In this document: positions 43,737-53,296 of the stretch, piece by piece | How the letters are laid out: each line of letters starts with the position of its first letter | Numbering within the stretch: the first letter of the stretch is position 1 | Source of the DNA: Clostridia bacterium | GTDB taxonomy: Bacteria > Bacillota > Clostridia > Christensenellales > QALW01 | Direction: 5' to 3' | DNA: 64,000 nt | Assembly: GCA_017502165.1 (NCBI GenBank) | Contig: JAFVVO010000025.1 | Coordinates: forward strand, 8,854 to 72,853 | Position numbers and translations under genes: made by a program | Notes under the pieces: model-generated | What the model was told of the DNA's origin: nothing | The model's database searches: none | What the model saw: the letters and a program-made list of their open reading frames with translations, nothing else

Positions 43737-44036
43737 CAGGGTATTTCTCTGTGCTCAATGGCACAAAGGGATCCCTTGCAGGAATTTAAGATGGAAGGCT
43801 TCGATATGTTTGAAGAAATGACGCGCTCCATTCAGGAGGACGCAGTTCGTTTCGCATTTAACATTGCAATCAACATTCAGCCGAGAGAACATAAAATAAC
43901 AAACGAAAGCACCGACGGAACAAGACCTCAAAAGGTGAAAAAGGCTTCCCAGCAGGCAACAAGCCAGAAGGTTGGCAGAAATGATCCCTGCCCCTGCGGA
44001 AGCGGTAAAAAATATAAGCAATGCTGCGGTAAATAA
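43737..44036 (+). CDS. secA: SecA C-terminal segment (two-helix finger and zinc-binding tail), same frame as 41301-43736
   Basis: It continues [25 protein letters not shown]...[17 protein letters not shown] in the same frame (43737 minus 41301 is a multiple of 3). Confidence 0.7.
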   Translation, partial: QGISLCSMAQRDPLQEFKMEGFDMFEEMTRSIQEDAVRFAFNIAINIQPREHKITNESTDGTRPQKVKKASQQATSQKVGRNDPCPCGSGKKYKQCCGK

Positions 44037-44078
44037 ACAAAGCTGAGAAGAGAAATTGACAATAGGGAAGATATAATT

Positions 44079-44687
44079 ATGGAAAATGAATTAAAGCAAC
44101 TGATAGGCAGTGGCGAAAAAGTTTTTTATGAAGGGAAACCTGATAAAAAATGTTTTATACTTGAGAGCATATTTAATCCCATGCTGCCTATTGCTATAAT
44201 TTGGGCGATTATAGACTTTGGTATTTTAGGCAGTACGTTGTTGGATAACGATCAAATTTCTTTTGTTATTATTCCGTTTATGTTATTCCATCTTATGCCG
44301 GTATGGATATATTTAGGCGGTGTGCTCTTTATGTTCAGAAAATATAAGAACACGTATTACATTGTAACGGATAATGCTATATATATTTCAAAAGGAATTT
44401 TTACAAAAACAGTTGTGTCAAAGCCGTTCGCTGAATTATCACATATAAATTTACACAGAGGCTTGTTTGACCAAATGTGTAACGTGGGGGATGTTGTTGC
44501 AACGACCAATCAGCTTACTGCAAATAATAAGGCTGATGTTGTGGCATTAAACAGCATTTCCGATTATACAGAAGTGTACAATTTAGTAAAAAAATTACAG
44601 AGAGATATTTATACTGACGTAATGTATCCCAATGATATGCGTCCTGACGAAAATCATGGATATAATACTAAATACAGAGGCTTATAA
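44079..44687 (+). CDS. Bacterial PH domain (bPH_2/DUF304) membrane protein
   Basis: Two TM segments followed by a YdbT-like PH domain pattern. Confidence 0.6.
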   Translation: MENELKQLIGSGEKVFYEGKPDKKCFILESIFNPMLPIAIIWAIIDFGILGSTLLDNDQISFVIIPFMLFHLMPVWIYLGGVLFMFRKYKNTYYIVTDNAIYISKGIFTKTVVSKPFAELSHINLHRGLFDQMCNVGDVVATTNQLTANNKADVVALNSISDYTEVYNLVKKLQRDIYTDVMYPNDMRPDENHGYNTKYRGL

Positions 44688-44755
44688 GGATAGCACTTCA
44701 AAAGAAAAACAATCTAAAAATAAACGGTCATAAGGACCATAAGGAGATGATAAAT

Positions 44756-45863
44756 TTGATAGAATTCGATTCATTTAAGCAACGTGCGGCTCAGGCGGCT
44801 GCAAATATCAAATTGGCAGGTGAATCCCTTTAACCCTGAGGGGATGAAGGACAGAATATTAGAGCTTAACGAGGAAATGGCTGAGCCTGATTTCTGGCTT
44901 GACCAGGAAAAAGCGCAGAAGAAAAACAAGGAGCTTGCTCACCTTGAAAGCAAGGTAAAGGAGCTTGCGTCCTTTGATAGCTCCCTTGAAGACGTGCAAG
45001 CTATGATTGAGCTTTGCATTGAAATGGAAGACGAGGATACTGCCAGGGAAATTGAGGCAGAGTTAACCTTGCTTGAAGCGAGAATAGAAAAGCTTCAGCT
45101 TGAAACAATGCTTACGGGACAGTACGATGCCAACAACGCTATTTTAACGCTTCACGCAGGGGCAGGCGGAACGGAGGCGCAGGACTGGACGGATATGCTT
45201 TACAGAATGTATCGCAGATATTGTGAGAAATCAGGATATCAGGTTGAAGTTCTCGATTATCTTGCAGGTGATGAGGCAGGAACTAAAAGCGTAACCTTCC
45301 GCGCTATAGGTGAAAACGCTTACGGCTTCTTAAAGGCAGAAAAGGGCGTACACCGTCTGGTGCGTATTTCTCCCTTTGATGCTAACTCAAGAAGACACAC
45401 TTCTTTCTCCGCACTCGAAGTTATGCCCGAAATTGAGGACGAGGGTGAAATCGTTATTCCTCCTGAGGACATTGAAGTTGAAACCCGTCGTTCAACGGGC
45501 GCAGGCGGTCAGCATATTAACAAGACCGAGTCCGCCATCAGAATTATTCATAAGCCTACGGGCATTATCGTTCAATGCCAGCAGGAGCGTTCACAGATTC
45601 AGAACAGAGAAACTGCTATGAATATGCTTCGATCCAAGCTTATTGAACTGCGTGAGCGCGAGCGGGAAGAAAAAGAGCTGGAGCTTAAGGGCGACATTAA
45701 AAAGATTGAATGGGGCAGTCAGATACGTTCCTACGTTTTCCACCCCTACAATATGGTAAAGGACCACAGAACCAATGCGGAAACGGCAAATATTCAGAGC
45801 GTTATGGACGGCAATCTGGATATGTTTATCCGCGCATATTTAGGTAAAAAGGATAATAATTGA
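44756..45863 (+). CDS. prfB: Peptide chain release factor 2, requiring a +1 frameshift at 44828-44834 (join 44756..44830, 44832..45863)
   Basis: ORF0 reads (M)IEFDSFKQRAAQAAANIKLAGESL then stops. The +1 frame continues NPEGMKDRILELNEEMAEPDFW. SPF and GGQHINKTESA motifs are present. The internal SD-like AGGTGA lies upstream of the shift site. Confidence 0.85.
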
Positions 45864-45864
45864 T

Positions 45865-47082
45865 TTGAAAAAGAAAATTACGCCTCTTTCCCGCATTTGC
45901 GGAATTATTCTTGGAATAGTTATGACGGTTGTTCTTGCAAGCGTGTCAATTCATTCAATGCTTGTAAGCACGTCCTTTTATCTCGGGCAGAACGACCGCT
46001 ATAATTTAACTGAGGAAATGAAGCTTCTTTCCGTTGACGATTATCTGGATTTAATTCAGCAGGTAAAGGCAGCGTTTTCCTTTGAAGTAACCGACCCTGA
46101 TGCGTTAATTACCGTGCAGGGCGACGTTGAAAGCTTTGAAGACACATTTATTAAGCAGGATTCGGCAGTTTTAACCTCTGAGAGTCTTCAGGTTTCGGGG
46201 CAGGTGGAATTAAGTGAAAAATTTATTTCCACTGTTAAAAGGCTTGAAAACCGCAAGGGAAATAAAACGGACGAGCAGGTTAATAAGGCTCTGTTTAACA
46301 ACGTAATGGGCTTAAAAATCATCTCTGAGGCGGAAAATCTTAAAATTAAGGACGTAAGGTTTTTCGATAATGAGGGCAACAAATTACAAAGCACACTTTA
46401 TTCTATAATTAAGTATAGCGACGGCTCTGTTAAGCGGGAAGAAGCAAAGGAAGATTTTATAACGCTCAATGCCGACGAAAAGGCCGAAGCGGAAGTGGAT
46501 GCCTTTATTTTCAGCGAGGAAGCCAATATAGACGCATCTAAAATCAGTTATTCTCTCGTTTTAGAGGGAGCAAAGGATATGGAAGCGGAAATCACCTTTT
46601 CGTACAAGGATTCTCTTACTAAAGAGCAGATAACGAAAATTATCGGTAAAAAGGTTCCTATGTTTACGGCAAACGAGCAGGAAGAATTTTCGCGTGTTCA
46701 GGGCGTTTTAAGAGCAGGAATAGGTGTAAACGCCGTTCTCTTTGCTTTAGCGGTTGTATTAGTAGCCGTTGCAATTAAAAAGCAGGGCAAGATAGTTCTG
46801 TTCGGAACGGGCTTTTATGCCGCAATAACAATGGTAATTCTTGCGGCGGCAATGAATATTCTGGCATTAACGGCAGATTTTTCACACGTTATTTCCTTTG
46901 GCTTTGAGGAAAGCACCTTCTTGGCGAGTGTGTTTACCGACAACCTTGTGCGCGACTTTGCTTCGGGCCTTGCGCGTTTTTACGATTTTATGCTTATAAT
47001 TCCGGCGGGAATTATTTATATTCTTATGCGTATAGCGGTGCCTAAAAAGGGCGACCCTAACGACGATTATTTATATCAGTAA
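45865..47082 (+). CDS. Hypothetical membrane protein (possibly TIGR01906/DUF1461-like)
   Basis: TTG start. It has an N-terminal TM segment, a soluble middle region and a C-terminal multi-TM region. Confidence 0.45.
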   Translation: MKKKITPLSRICGIILGIVMTVVLASVSIHSMLVSTSFYLGQNDRYNLTEEMKLLSVDDYLDLIQQVKAAFSFEVTDPDALITVQGDVESFEDTFIKQDSAVLTSESLQVSGQVELSEKFISTVKRLENRKGNKTDEQVNKALFNNVMGLKIISEAENLKIKDVRFFDNEGNKLQSTLYSIIKYSDGSVKREEAKEDFITLNADEKAEAEVDAFIFSEEANIDASKISYSLVLEGAKDMEAEITFSYKDSLTKEQITKIIGKKVPMFTANEQEEFSRVQGVLRAGIGVNAVLFALAVVLVAVAIKKQGKIVLFGTGFYAAITMVILAAAMNILALTADFSHVISFGFEESTFLASVFTDNLVRDFASGLARFYDFMLIIPAGIIYILMRIAVPKKGDPNDDYLYQ

Positions 47083-47093
47083 TTAAGGACAAA

Positions 47094-48167
47094 ATGTATT
47101 ACGAAATTGCAAAAGAAAAAGCTAAAAACTTAATAGAAAAAGGCTCGGCAGTTTTGCTTGCAATAGAGTCTTCCTGCGATGAAACAAGCGCCGCCGTTGT
47201 TAAGGATGGGCGGATTGTTTTAAGCAACGTGATTTCCACACAAATTCCCGTACACAAAAAGTACGGAGGTGTTGTGCCTGAAATTGCGTCACGCTCGCAC
47301 GTAACGGCACTTGTGCCCGTGGTAGAGGAAGCCCTTGAGAAAGCAAACTGCACGCTTGACGATATAGACGCTATTGCAGTAACCCAAGGCCCCGGACTTA
47401 TCGGTGCGCTTTTAACGGCAGTTAACTATGCAAAAGGGTTAGCCTTTGCACGCTCGATTCCCTTAGTTGCAGTTCACCATATCCAAGGGCATATATGCAG
47501 TAATCTTATAGAGTTTCCTCAGTTGACACCGCCCTTTATTGCTCTTGCGGTTTCGGGGGGACACAGCCACATATTAAAGGTCAGCGATTACTGCGATTTC
47601 ACCTTGATGGGAGCAACGAGAGACGATGCGGCAGGGGAAGCCTTTGATAAGGTTGCCCGAGTGCTCGGTCTTGGCTACCCCGGGGGAGTTAAAATCGACG
47701 AGCTTTCCAAACAAGGTAATATTGACGCTTATAGGTTTTCAACGCATCTTGAGAAGGAAGATAATTACGATTTCTCCTTCAGCGGAATAAAAACTGCGGT
47801 AGTAAATTTAGTTCATAACTTAGAACAGAAAAATCAGGAAATTCCCAAAGCGGACATAGCCGCCAGCTTTCAGGCAACGGTTGTGAGAATGCTTGTGGAT
47901 AAGGCAATAAAGGCCGCCAAGGACGTGGGATACAAAAAAATTGTTCTTGCCGGCGGTGTTGCGGCAAACAGCAGGTTAAGGGAAGAAATTACACGAATGT
48001 GCCGCCAGGCACAGATTGAATTGTACTATCCGTCGCCCGTGCTTTGTACGGATAACGCGGCTATGATAGGTTCGGCAGGGTTTTATACCTTGATGAACGG
48101 TAATATTGCAGACATAAACTTAAACGCCTTTGCAACAGGCGGTTTAGACGAATTTTACAGAAAGTGA
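47094..48167 (+). CDS. tsaD: tRNA N6-adenosine threonylcarbamoyltransferase
   Basis: IESSCDETSAAV, GGHSH and Kae1/TsaD motifs. Confidence 0.9.
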   Translation: MYYEIAKEKAKNLIEKGSAVLLAIESSCDETSAAVVKDGRIVLSNVISTQIPVHKKYGGVVPEIASRSHVTALVPVVEEALEKANCTLDDIDAIAVTQGPGLIGALLTAVNYAKGLAFARSIPLVAVHHIQGHICSNLIEFPQLTPPFIALAVSGGHSHILKVSDYCDFTLMGATRDDAAGEAFDKVARVLGLGYPGGVKIDELSKQGNIDAYRFSTHLEKEDNYDFSFSGIKTAVVNLVHNLEQKNQEIPKADIAASFQATVVRMLVDKAIKAAKDVGYKKIVLAGGVAANSRLREEITRMCRQAQIELYYPSPVLCTDNAAMIGSAGFYTLMNGNIADINLNAFATGGLDEFYRK

Positions 48168-48177
48168 GTTAAAGAAA

Positions 48178-50130
48178 ATGAAAAAACCTTATTATATTTC
48201 AACCCCTATTTATTATCCCAGTGATAACCTGCATATCGGCCACAGCTATTGCTCAGTTGCGGCAGATACTATTGCACGCTTTAAGCGTATGCAGGGCTAT
48301 GACGTTTACTTTTTGACCGGTACCGACGAGCACGGTCAGAAAATTGAGCGTAAGGCCGCTCAGGCAGGCAAAACACCTCAGCAGTACGTTGACGAAATCG
48401 TTGCAGGTGTTAAAAAGCTCTGGGAGTTAATGGACGTTAAGTACGACGGCTTTGTTCGCACCACCGACGATTATCACGTTGAAGCAGTGCAAAAGATATT
48501 TAAGAAATTATACGACCAGGGGGATATTTACAAGTCCGAATACGAAGGCTGGTACTGCACACCCTGCGAGAGCTTCTTTACCGAAACTCAGCTTGTTGAC
48601 GGCAAATGCCCCGACTGTGGACGCGAAGTAGAAAAAACAAGAGAAGAAAGCTATTTCTTCAAATTGTCAAAATATCAGGACAGACTTATCGAGTATATCG
48701 AAAGCCACCCCGATTTTATTCAGCCTCCCTCCCGTGCAAAAGAAATGATAAACAATTTCTTAAAGCCGGGCTTAGAAGATTTGTGCGTATCTCGCACAAG
48801 CATTAAGTGGGGTATTCCCGTAACCTTTGATGAAAAGCACGTGGTTTACGTTTGGATAGACGCTCTCTCAAACTATATTACAAAGCTTGGCTACACTACC
48901 GATAACACAGAGCTTTTCGATAAGTATTGGCCTGCAGACGTGCACCTTGTAGGCAAGGAAATTATCCGTTTCCATACTATTATCTGGCCTGCAATGCTTA
49001 TGGCACTTGATTTACCTCTTCCCAAGCAGGTATTCGGTCACGGCTGGCTTGTTTTCGGCGGCGAAAAGATGAGTAAAAGCCGCGGTAACGTAGTTGACCC
49101 CGTGGTTTTATGCGAAAAATACGGCGTTGATTCCATCCGTTATTTCTTAATGCGCGAAATGCCCTTCGGCGCTGACGGTAACTTTACAAACGAAGCGCTA
49201 TTTAACCGTATTAACAGCGATCTTGCAAACGATTTAGGCAATCTTGTAAGCAGAACCTGCGCAATGATTGAAAAGTATTTCGGCGGTGTTCTTCCTGCAC
49301 AAAACTGTGTTGAAAGTCCGGACGACGAGCTTATTTCTCTTGCAGAAAACACATATAAAGAAGTTTGCAAGAAAATGGACGAACTTCAGCTTTCTAACGC
49401 TTTAGTTGAAATCTGGAAGCTTGTTTCAAGATGTAATAAGTATATTGACGAAACTACTCCCTGGGTGCTTGCGAAGGACGAGGCAAAGCGCGACCGTTTA
49501 GGAACCGTTTTATATAATTTGGCAGAGTGTGTGCGTATTATCAGCGTGCTTATTGCTCCCGTTATGACAAAGAGCCCCGCAAAGATTCAAGCGTCCCTGG
49601 GCGTTGACGAATCACTTACCACCTTTGCTTCCGTTGAAAAGTTTGGACAAATTAAAGCAGGCAGTAAGATAACAAAAACCGAGGTGCTCTTCCCCCGAAT
49701 TGATATTGAAGCCGAATTTAAGGCTCAGGAAGAAGCAAAAAAGGCTCAGGAAGAGGCAAAGCAGGAAAAGAAGACAGAAGTTAAAAAGGAAGAAACTGTT
49801 CCTGCGGAAATCACTATTGACGATTTTGCAAAAATTCAGCTTAAGACGGGCAAGGTTTTAACCTGCGAAAAGCTTGAAAATTCCGACAAGCTTCTTAAAA
49901 TGACCATTGATGACGGCGAGAAAGAGCGTCAGGTGGTTTCTGGCATTGCAAAGCATTATTCACCGGACGAGATGGTAGGCAAAACGGTTGTGCTTGTTGC
50001 AAATCTTAAGCCTGCAAAGCTTCGCGGTGTTTTAAGCGAGGGAATGATTCTCTGCGCTGAAAACGAAAAGGGTGAGCTTTCACTCGTTTCTCCCGAAAAA
50101 GCCTTTGGCGCAGGCAATACGGTGCGCTAA
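48178..50130 (+). CDS. metG: Methionine--tRNA ligase with C-terminal tRNA-binding domain
   Basis: Contains the HIGH-type motif NLHIGH, the KMSKS motif and a C-terminal EMAP-like domain. Confidence 0.95.
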   Translation: MKKPYYISTPIYYPSDNLHIGHSYCSVAADTIARFKRMQGYDVYFLTGTDEHGQKIERKAAQAGKTPQQYVDEIVAGVKKLWELMDVKYDGFVRTTDDYHVEAVQKIFKKLYDQGDIYKSEYEGWYCTPCESFFTETQLVDGKCPDCGREVEKTREESYFFKLSKYQDRLIEYIESHPDFIQPPSRAKEMINNFLKPGLEDLCVSRTSIKWGIPVTFDEKHVVYVWIDALSNYITKLGYTTDNTELFDKYWPADVHLVGKEIIRFHTIIWPAMLMALDLPLPKQVFGHGWLVFGGEKMSKSRGNVVDPVVLCEKYGVDSIRYFLMREMPFGADGNFTNEALFNRINSDLANDLGNLVSRTCAMIEKYFGGVLPAQNCVESPDDELISLAENTYKEVCKKMDELQLSNALVEIWKLVSRCNKYIDETTPWVLAKDEAKRDRLGTVLYNLAECVRIISVLIAPVMTKSPAKIQASLGVDESLTTFASVEKFGQIKAGSKITKTEVLFPRIDIEAEFKAQEEAKKAQEEAKQEKKTEVKKEETVPAEITIDDFAKIQLKTGKVLTCEKLENSDKLLKMTIDDGEKERQVVSGIAKHYSPDEMVGKTVVLVANLKPAKLRGVLSEGMILCAENEKGELSLVSPEKAFGAGNTVR

Positions 50131-50892
50131 ATGATAGACGTACATTGTCATTACGAGGACGACCGCTTTAACGAGGACAGAGATGAGGTCATATCATCTC
50201 TATTTCAAAATAACGTTACTGCGGTTATTGACGCAGGCTGCACAATTAAGGATTGCAAAATGATAAGCGCCCTTGCTGAAAAGTATCCCCAATTCTATTT
50301 TTGCGCAGGTATTCACCCGGGCAATGCGGACGAATTTGATGAAAACGCCCTCAAGGAATTAAAAAAGCTGTGGGCGGAAGAAAAATGTGTAGGCGTTGGG
50401 GAAATAGGCCTTGATTATTACTGGGAAAACAATCCGCCTAAAGATAAGCAAAAGGACGTGTTTGTTGCGCTTGTTAATTCCGCCAAGGAAATCAATAAGC
50501 CCGTTGTAATCCATTCCCGCGACGCTATCGGTGATATGCTTGATTTAATTAAGCAGGAAAATATTTCCCATGGTGTTATGCACTGCTTTTCCGAAAGCAA
50601 GGAAACGGCAAAAATTTGCTTAGACGCAGGCTTGTATTTCTCTTTTGGCGGCACCTGTACCTTCAAAAATGCCGTCAGGGCAAATGAAAATCTTCTCTAT
50701 ATTCCCAAAGACAGAATTTTGCTTGAAACTGACTCTCCCTATCTTGCCCCCGTTCCAAATAGGGGAAAGAGAAACGATTCAACCAATTTGCAGTTTGTGA
50801 TTGAACACATTGCAATGCTTTGGAATACAACGCCAAAGGAAGTGGAAAGAATAACCGACGAAAACGCGAAAAGATTATTCAACATAATATAA
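50131..50892 (+). CDS. TatD family metal-dependent hydrolase
   Basis: IDVHCH N-terminus, GEIGLDY and HSRDA motifs. Confidence 0.85.
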   Translation: MIDVHCHYEDDRFNEDRDEVISSLFQNNVTAVIDAGCTIKDCKMISALAEKYPQFYFCAGIHPGNADEFDENALKELKKLWAEEKCVGVGEIGLDYYWENNPPKDKQKDVFVALVNSAKEINKPVVIHSRDAIGDMLDLIKQENISHGVMHCFSESKETAKICLDAGLYFSFGGTCTFKNAVRANENLLYIPKDRILLETDSPYLAPVPNRGKRNDSTNLQFVIEHIAMLWNTTPKEVERITDENAKRLFNII

Positions 50893-51033
50893 TGTATAAA
50901 ATTTAATAGCATTTTGTATTTTGCAGAGGTATGTAACAAATTTTTAGCAGATGCGGTATAGTGTTATTGAGTTTTGTTTGGCAAAAGAAAGCACTCGGAA
51001 TTTTCCGAGTGCTTTCGACTTTGTAAAACAATC

Positions 51034-51237
51034 TTATTTTTTATAATATTCCTCAAAAAGCTCATTGGGTGTGCATTCTAAAATGTCGCAAAGGGCCTGG
51101 AGATTATCAAATTTTATACCGCTTGTTTGATTGTTTACCATTTTGTTAAAGTTTTGATAGCTTAAACCAAGCTGCATATAAAGCCAATATTTCGTTTTTC
51201 CTTTTTCTTCGAGTATGTCAAGAACACGCAATTTCAT
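51034..51237 (-). CDS. XRE-family (Cro/C1-type) helix-turn-helix regulator
   Basis: 67 aa, YozG-like: MKLRVLDILEEKGKTKYWL...NLQALCDILECTPNELF. Confidence 0.8.
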   Translation of the reverse strand: MKLRVLDILEEKGKTKYWLYMQLGLSYQNFNKMVNNQTSGIKFDNLQALCDILECTPNELFEEYYKK

Positions 51238-51298
51238 TATATCACCTACACATTATATTATGTGAAAATTATATAACCAAAAACAGTTGACATAATAG

Positions 51299-51324
51299 AC
51301 ATATACATTATATAATGTATATGT
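51299..51324. promoter_or_regulatory. Perfect 26-bp palindrome upstream of the HTH gene (candidate operator)
   Basis: The sequence is ACATATACATTATATAATGTATATGT. A related 16-bp near-palindrome, CACATTATATTATGTG, lies at 51249-51264. Confidence 0.6.
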
Positions 51325-51356
51325 AGAGCACAAGTGGAGTTCTGCGTCGCCAAACA

Positions 51357-51470
51357 AGAGCACTCGGAAAATTCCGAGTGCTTGATTTTTTTTGTTATTT
51401 CGTTTTGGGGCTTCTCAAGGCTTGTAAATTACATTCTAAAATGTCGCAAAGGGGCGTTGGCGTTATTACC
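51357..51470 (-). pseudogene. Duplicate of the terminator plus a decayed 3' end of the HTH gene
   Basis: GCACTCGGAAAATTCCGAGTGC matches the hairpin at 50988-51016. An exact 22-nt match, CATTCTAAAATGTCGCAAAGGG, occurs at 51432-51453 and 51074-51095. Confidence 0.6.
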
Positions 51471-52613
51471 TTAAAGGAATCCTTTTGCAAATGCGAGGAG
51501 CTGCTCCTTCGTTGATTTAGCAATTCCCTGCAGCATATTGTTGCCGCCTCCGCCTGAGGCAGACAGCTCCTTTTTGAAAACCTCGCATTTATTCTTTTGG
51601 TTTTCGGGGAATAGCGCCATAAAACGATAACCGTCTTTGTCGTTTCCGCAAAAGGCGCAGACAAAGGATGAAAATTTATCAAAAAGCAAATTGGCTCCGT
51701 CCTTTAATAAGGAAGGCTCGTCAACAAAAACAAAGGGGCAAGAAGAATTTTCAATCTCGAAGGTCAATAGCTTTTTTTGTGCGCCTACTGCATCAAAGCG
51801 CGCCTCGTCAAGTGAGGCTTTAAGCTTTTCAATGCCTGAGTCAATTTCCAAATAGGGCAGAGAAAGCAGGTGTGATGCGTTTTTAAGCACCTGCTGCTGC
51901 TTTTGAATTTCATCTAAAGCGAATCGTCCGCATTTGGCGGTTATGCGAACGCCTTGACGGAAGCGCTGGCAGGATAAAATTAAAATGTATCCGATTTCTC
52001 CCGTAAAAGCCACGTGGGGCGCACAGCAGGCACAAAGGTCAACGTTTTCTATTTTAACCAATCGCACGTTTTCGGTTAAATCAAGCTTGCTTCTGTAGGA
52101 AAATTCCTTAGGATTTTCGGGATACCACGCTGTTACGGGAAGATTCGCCCAGACCGCCTCGTTTGCTTCCTCCTCTATTTCGAGCAACTGACTTTGGGAA
52201 ATTTCCCCGTTATAGTCCATAGTTATAAAATCCTCACCCAAGTGAAAGCCTACGTTGTCAAAGCCGAATTTTTTATGTATTATGCCCGAAACAATATGCT
52301 CGGCGGTGTGATTCTGCATTTTGTAAAAACGCTCGTTCCAATCAATTTTGCCATTAACCGTGTCACCCACAGAAATGGGGGAAGCGGTAAAATGATAAAT
52401 TACACCGTTTTCCTCCTGCACGTCAAAAACGGGTATGCCGTTTAATGTGCCTTTATCGCTTTTCTGCCCGCCTCCTTCGGGGAAAAAGCAGGTTGCGTCA
52501 AGGGCTAATTTATATACAGTTTGATTCTGTTCGTTTTTTATTTCTTCTGCACTTAAGCATTTTGCAGTAAAATCCTGCTTGTAGCTATCAATGTCAAATA
52601 AACGTTGCGTCAT
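51471..52613 (-). CDS. AlaX-type alanyl-tRNA editing protein (tRNA_SAD plus DHHA1)
   Basis: HTAEHIVSG and CCAPHV zinc motifs. 380 aa. Confidence 0.8.
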   Translation of the reverse strand: MTQRLFDIDSYKQDFTAKCLSAEEIKNEQNQTVYKLALDATCFFPEGGGQKSDKGTLNGIPVFDVQEENGVIYHFTASPISVGDTVNGKIDWNERFYKMQNHTAEHIVSGIIHKKFGFDNVGFHLGEDFITMDYNGEISQSQLLEIEEEANEAVWANLPVTAWYPENPKEFSYRSKLDLTENVRLVKIENVDLCACCAPHVAFTGEIGYILILSCQRFRQGVRITAKCGRFALDEIQKQQQVLKNASHLLSLPYLEIDSGIEKLKASLDEARFDAVGAQKKLLTFEIENSSCPFVFVDEPSLLKDGANLLFDKFSSFVCAFCGNDKDGYRFMALFPENQKNKCEVFKKELSASGGGGNNMLQGIAKSTKEQLLAFAKGFL

Positions 52614-52745
52614 AGCATTTCCTCCATATTCTACTGAGAAATTATACCATAAATACAGTTCGGGTGCAAGAGTAATAAACTGCTTGCGAAAATAGTGAGA
52701 TGCTGTATAATATAGGTGTATTATAAAAAGACTAAGGAGAACACA

Positions 52746-53120
52746 ATGTCAAAAAGAATTGCACTTATCGCGCACGATAATATGAAGCCCACCATCGTTC
52801 AGTGGTGCTTAGATAATAAGGAAATACTTTCACATCACTTTCTTTGCGGAACGGGTACAACCGCATCAAAAATAAGTTCGGCTACGGGACTTCCCGTCAA
52901 AGCCTATTTAAGCGGACCTCTTGGCGGTGACCAGCAAATAGGCTCACTTGTTGCCGTTGGGGAAATTGACGTTATAATTTTCTTCTCCGACCCCTTAACT
53001 GCAATGCCTCACGACCCTGACGTTAAAGCGCTTTTGCGTATTGCTCAGGTTTATGACGTGCCTATGGCGAGCAACAAGGCAACTGCGGATTGCATTCTGC
53101 ATTCCCTTGAAGAATTTTAA
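52746..53120 (+). CDS. mgsA: Methylglyoxal synthase
   Basis: Contains MSKRIALIAHDNMK and PHDPDV motifs. Start ATG 52746 after TAAGGAGAA. Confidence 0.9.
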   Translation: MSKRIALIAHDNMKPTIVQWCLDNKEILSHHFLCGTGTTASKISSATGLPVKAYLSGPLGGDQQIGSLVAVGEIDVIIFFSDPLTAMPHDPDVKALLRIAQVYDVPMASNKATADCILHSLEEF

Positions 53121-53296
53121 TAACAAATATTTTCAAATCTGCTTTATGCTAAAGGCGTAAAGCGGATTTTTTATAAAAAATAAAGAAAAAAACCAAAACA
53201 AACAAAAACAAACACAAAATATGGTAAAAATTGATTGTTTATACTTGAATTATTTTGGAAAATGCAAGATTTTAAGAAAAAAATGTTTGTTTTGTG

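Noticed and set aside
48168-48177. A T-box leader upstream of metG.
   Set aside because: metG starts 10 nt after tsaD, so there is no room for a leader.
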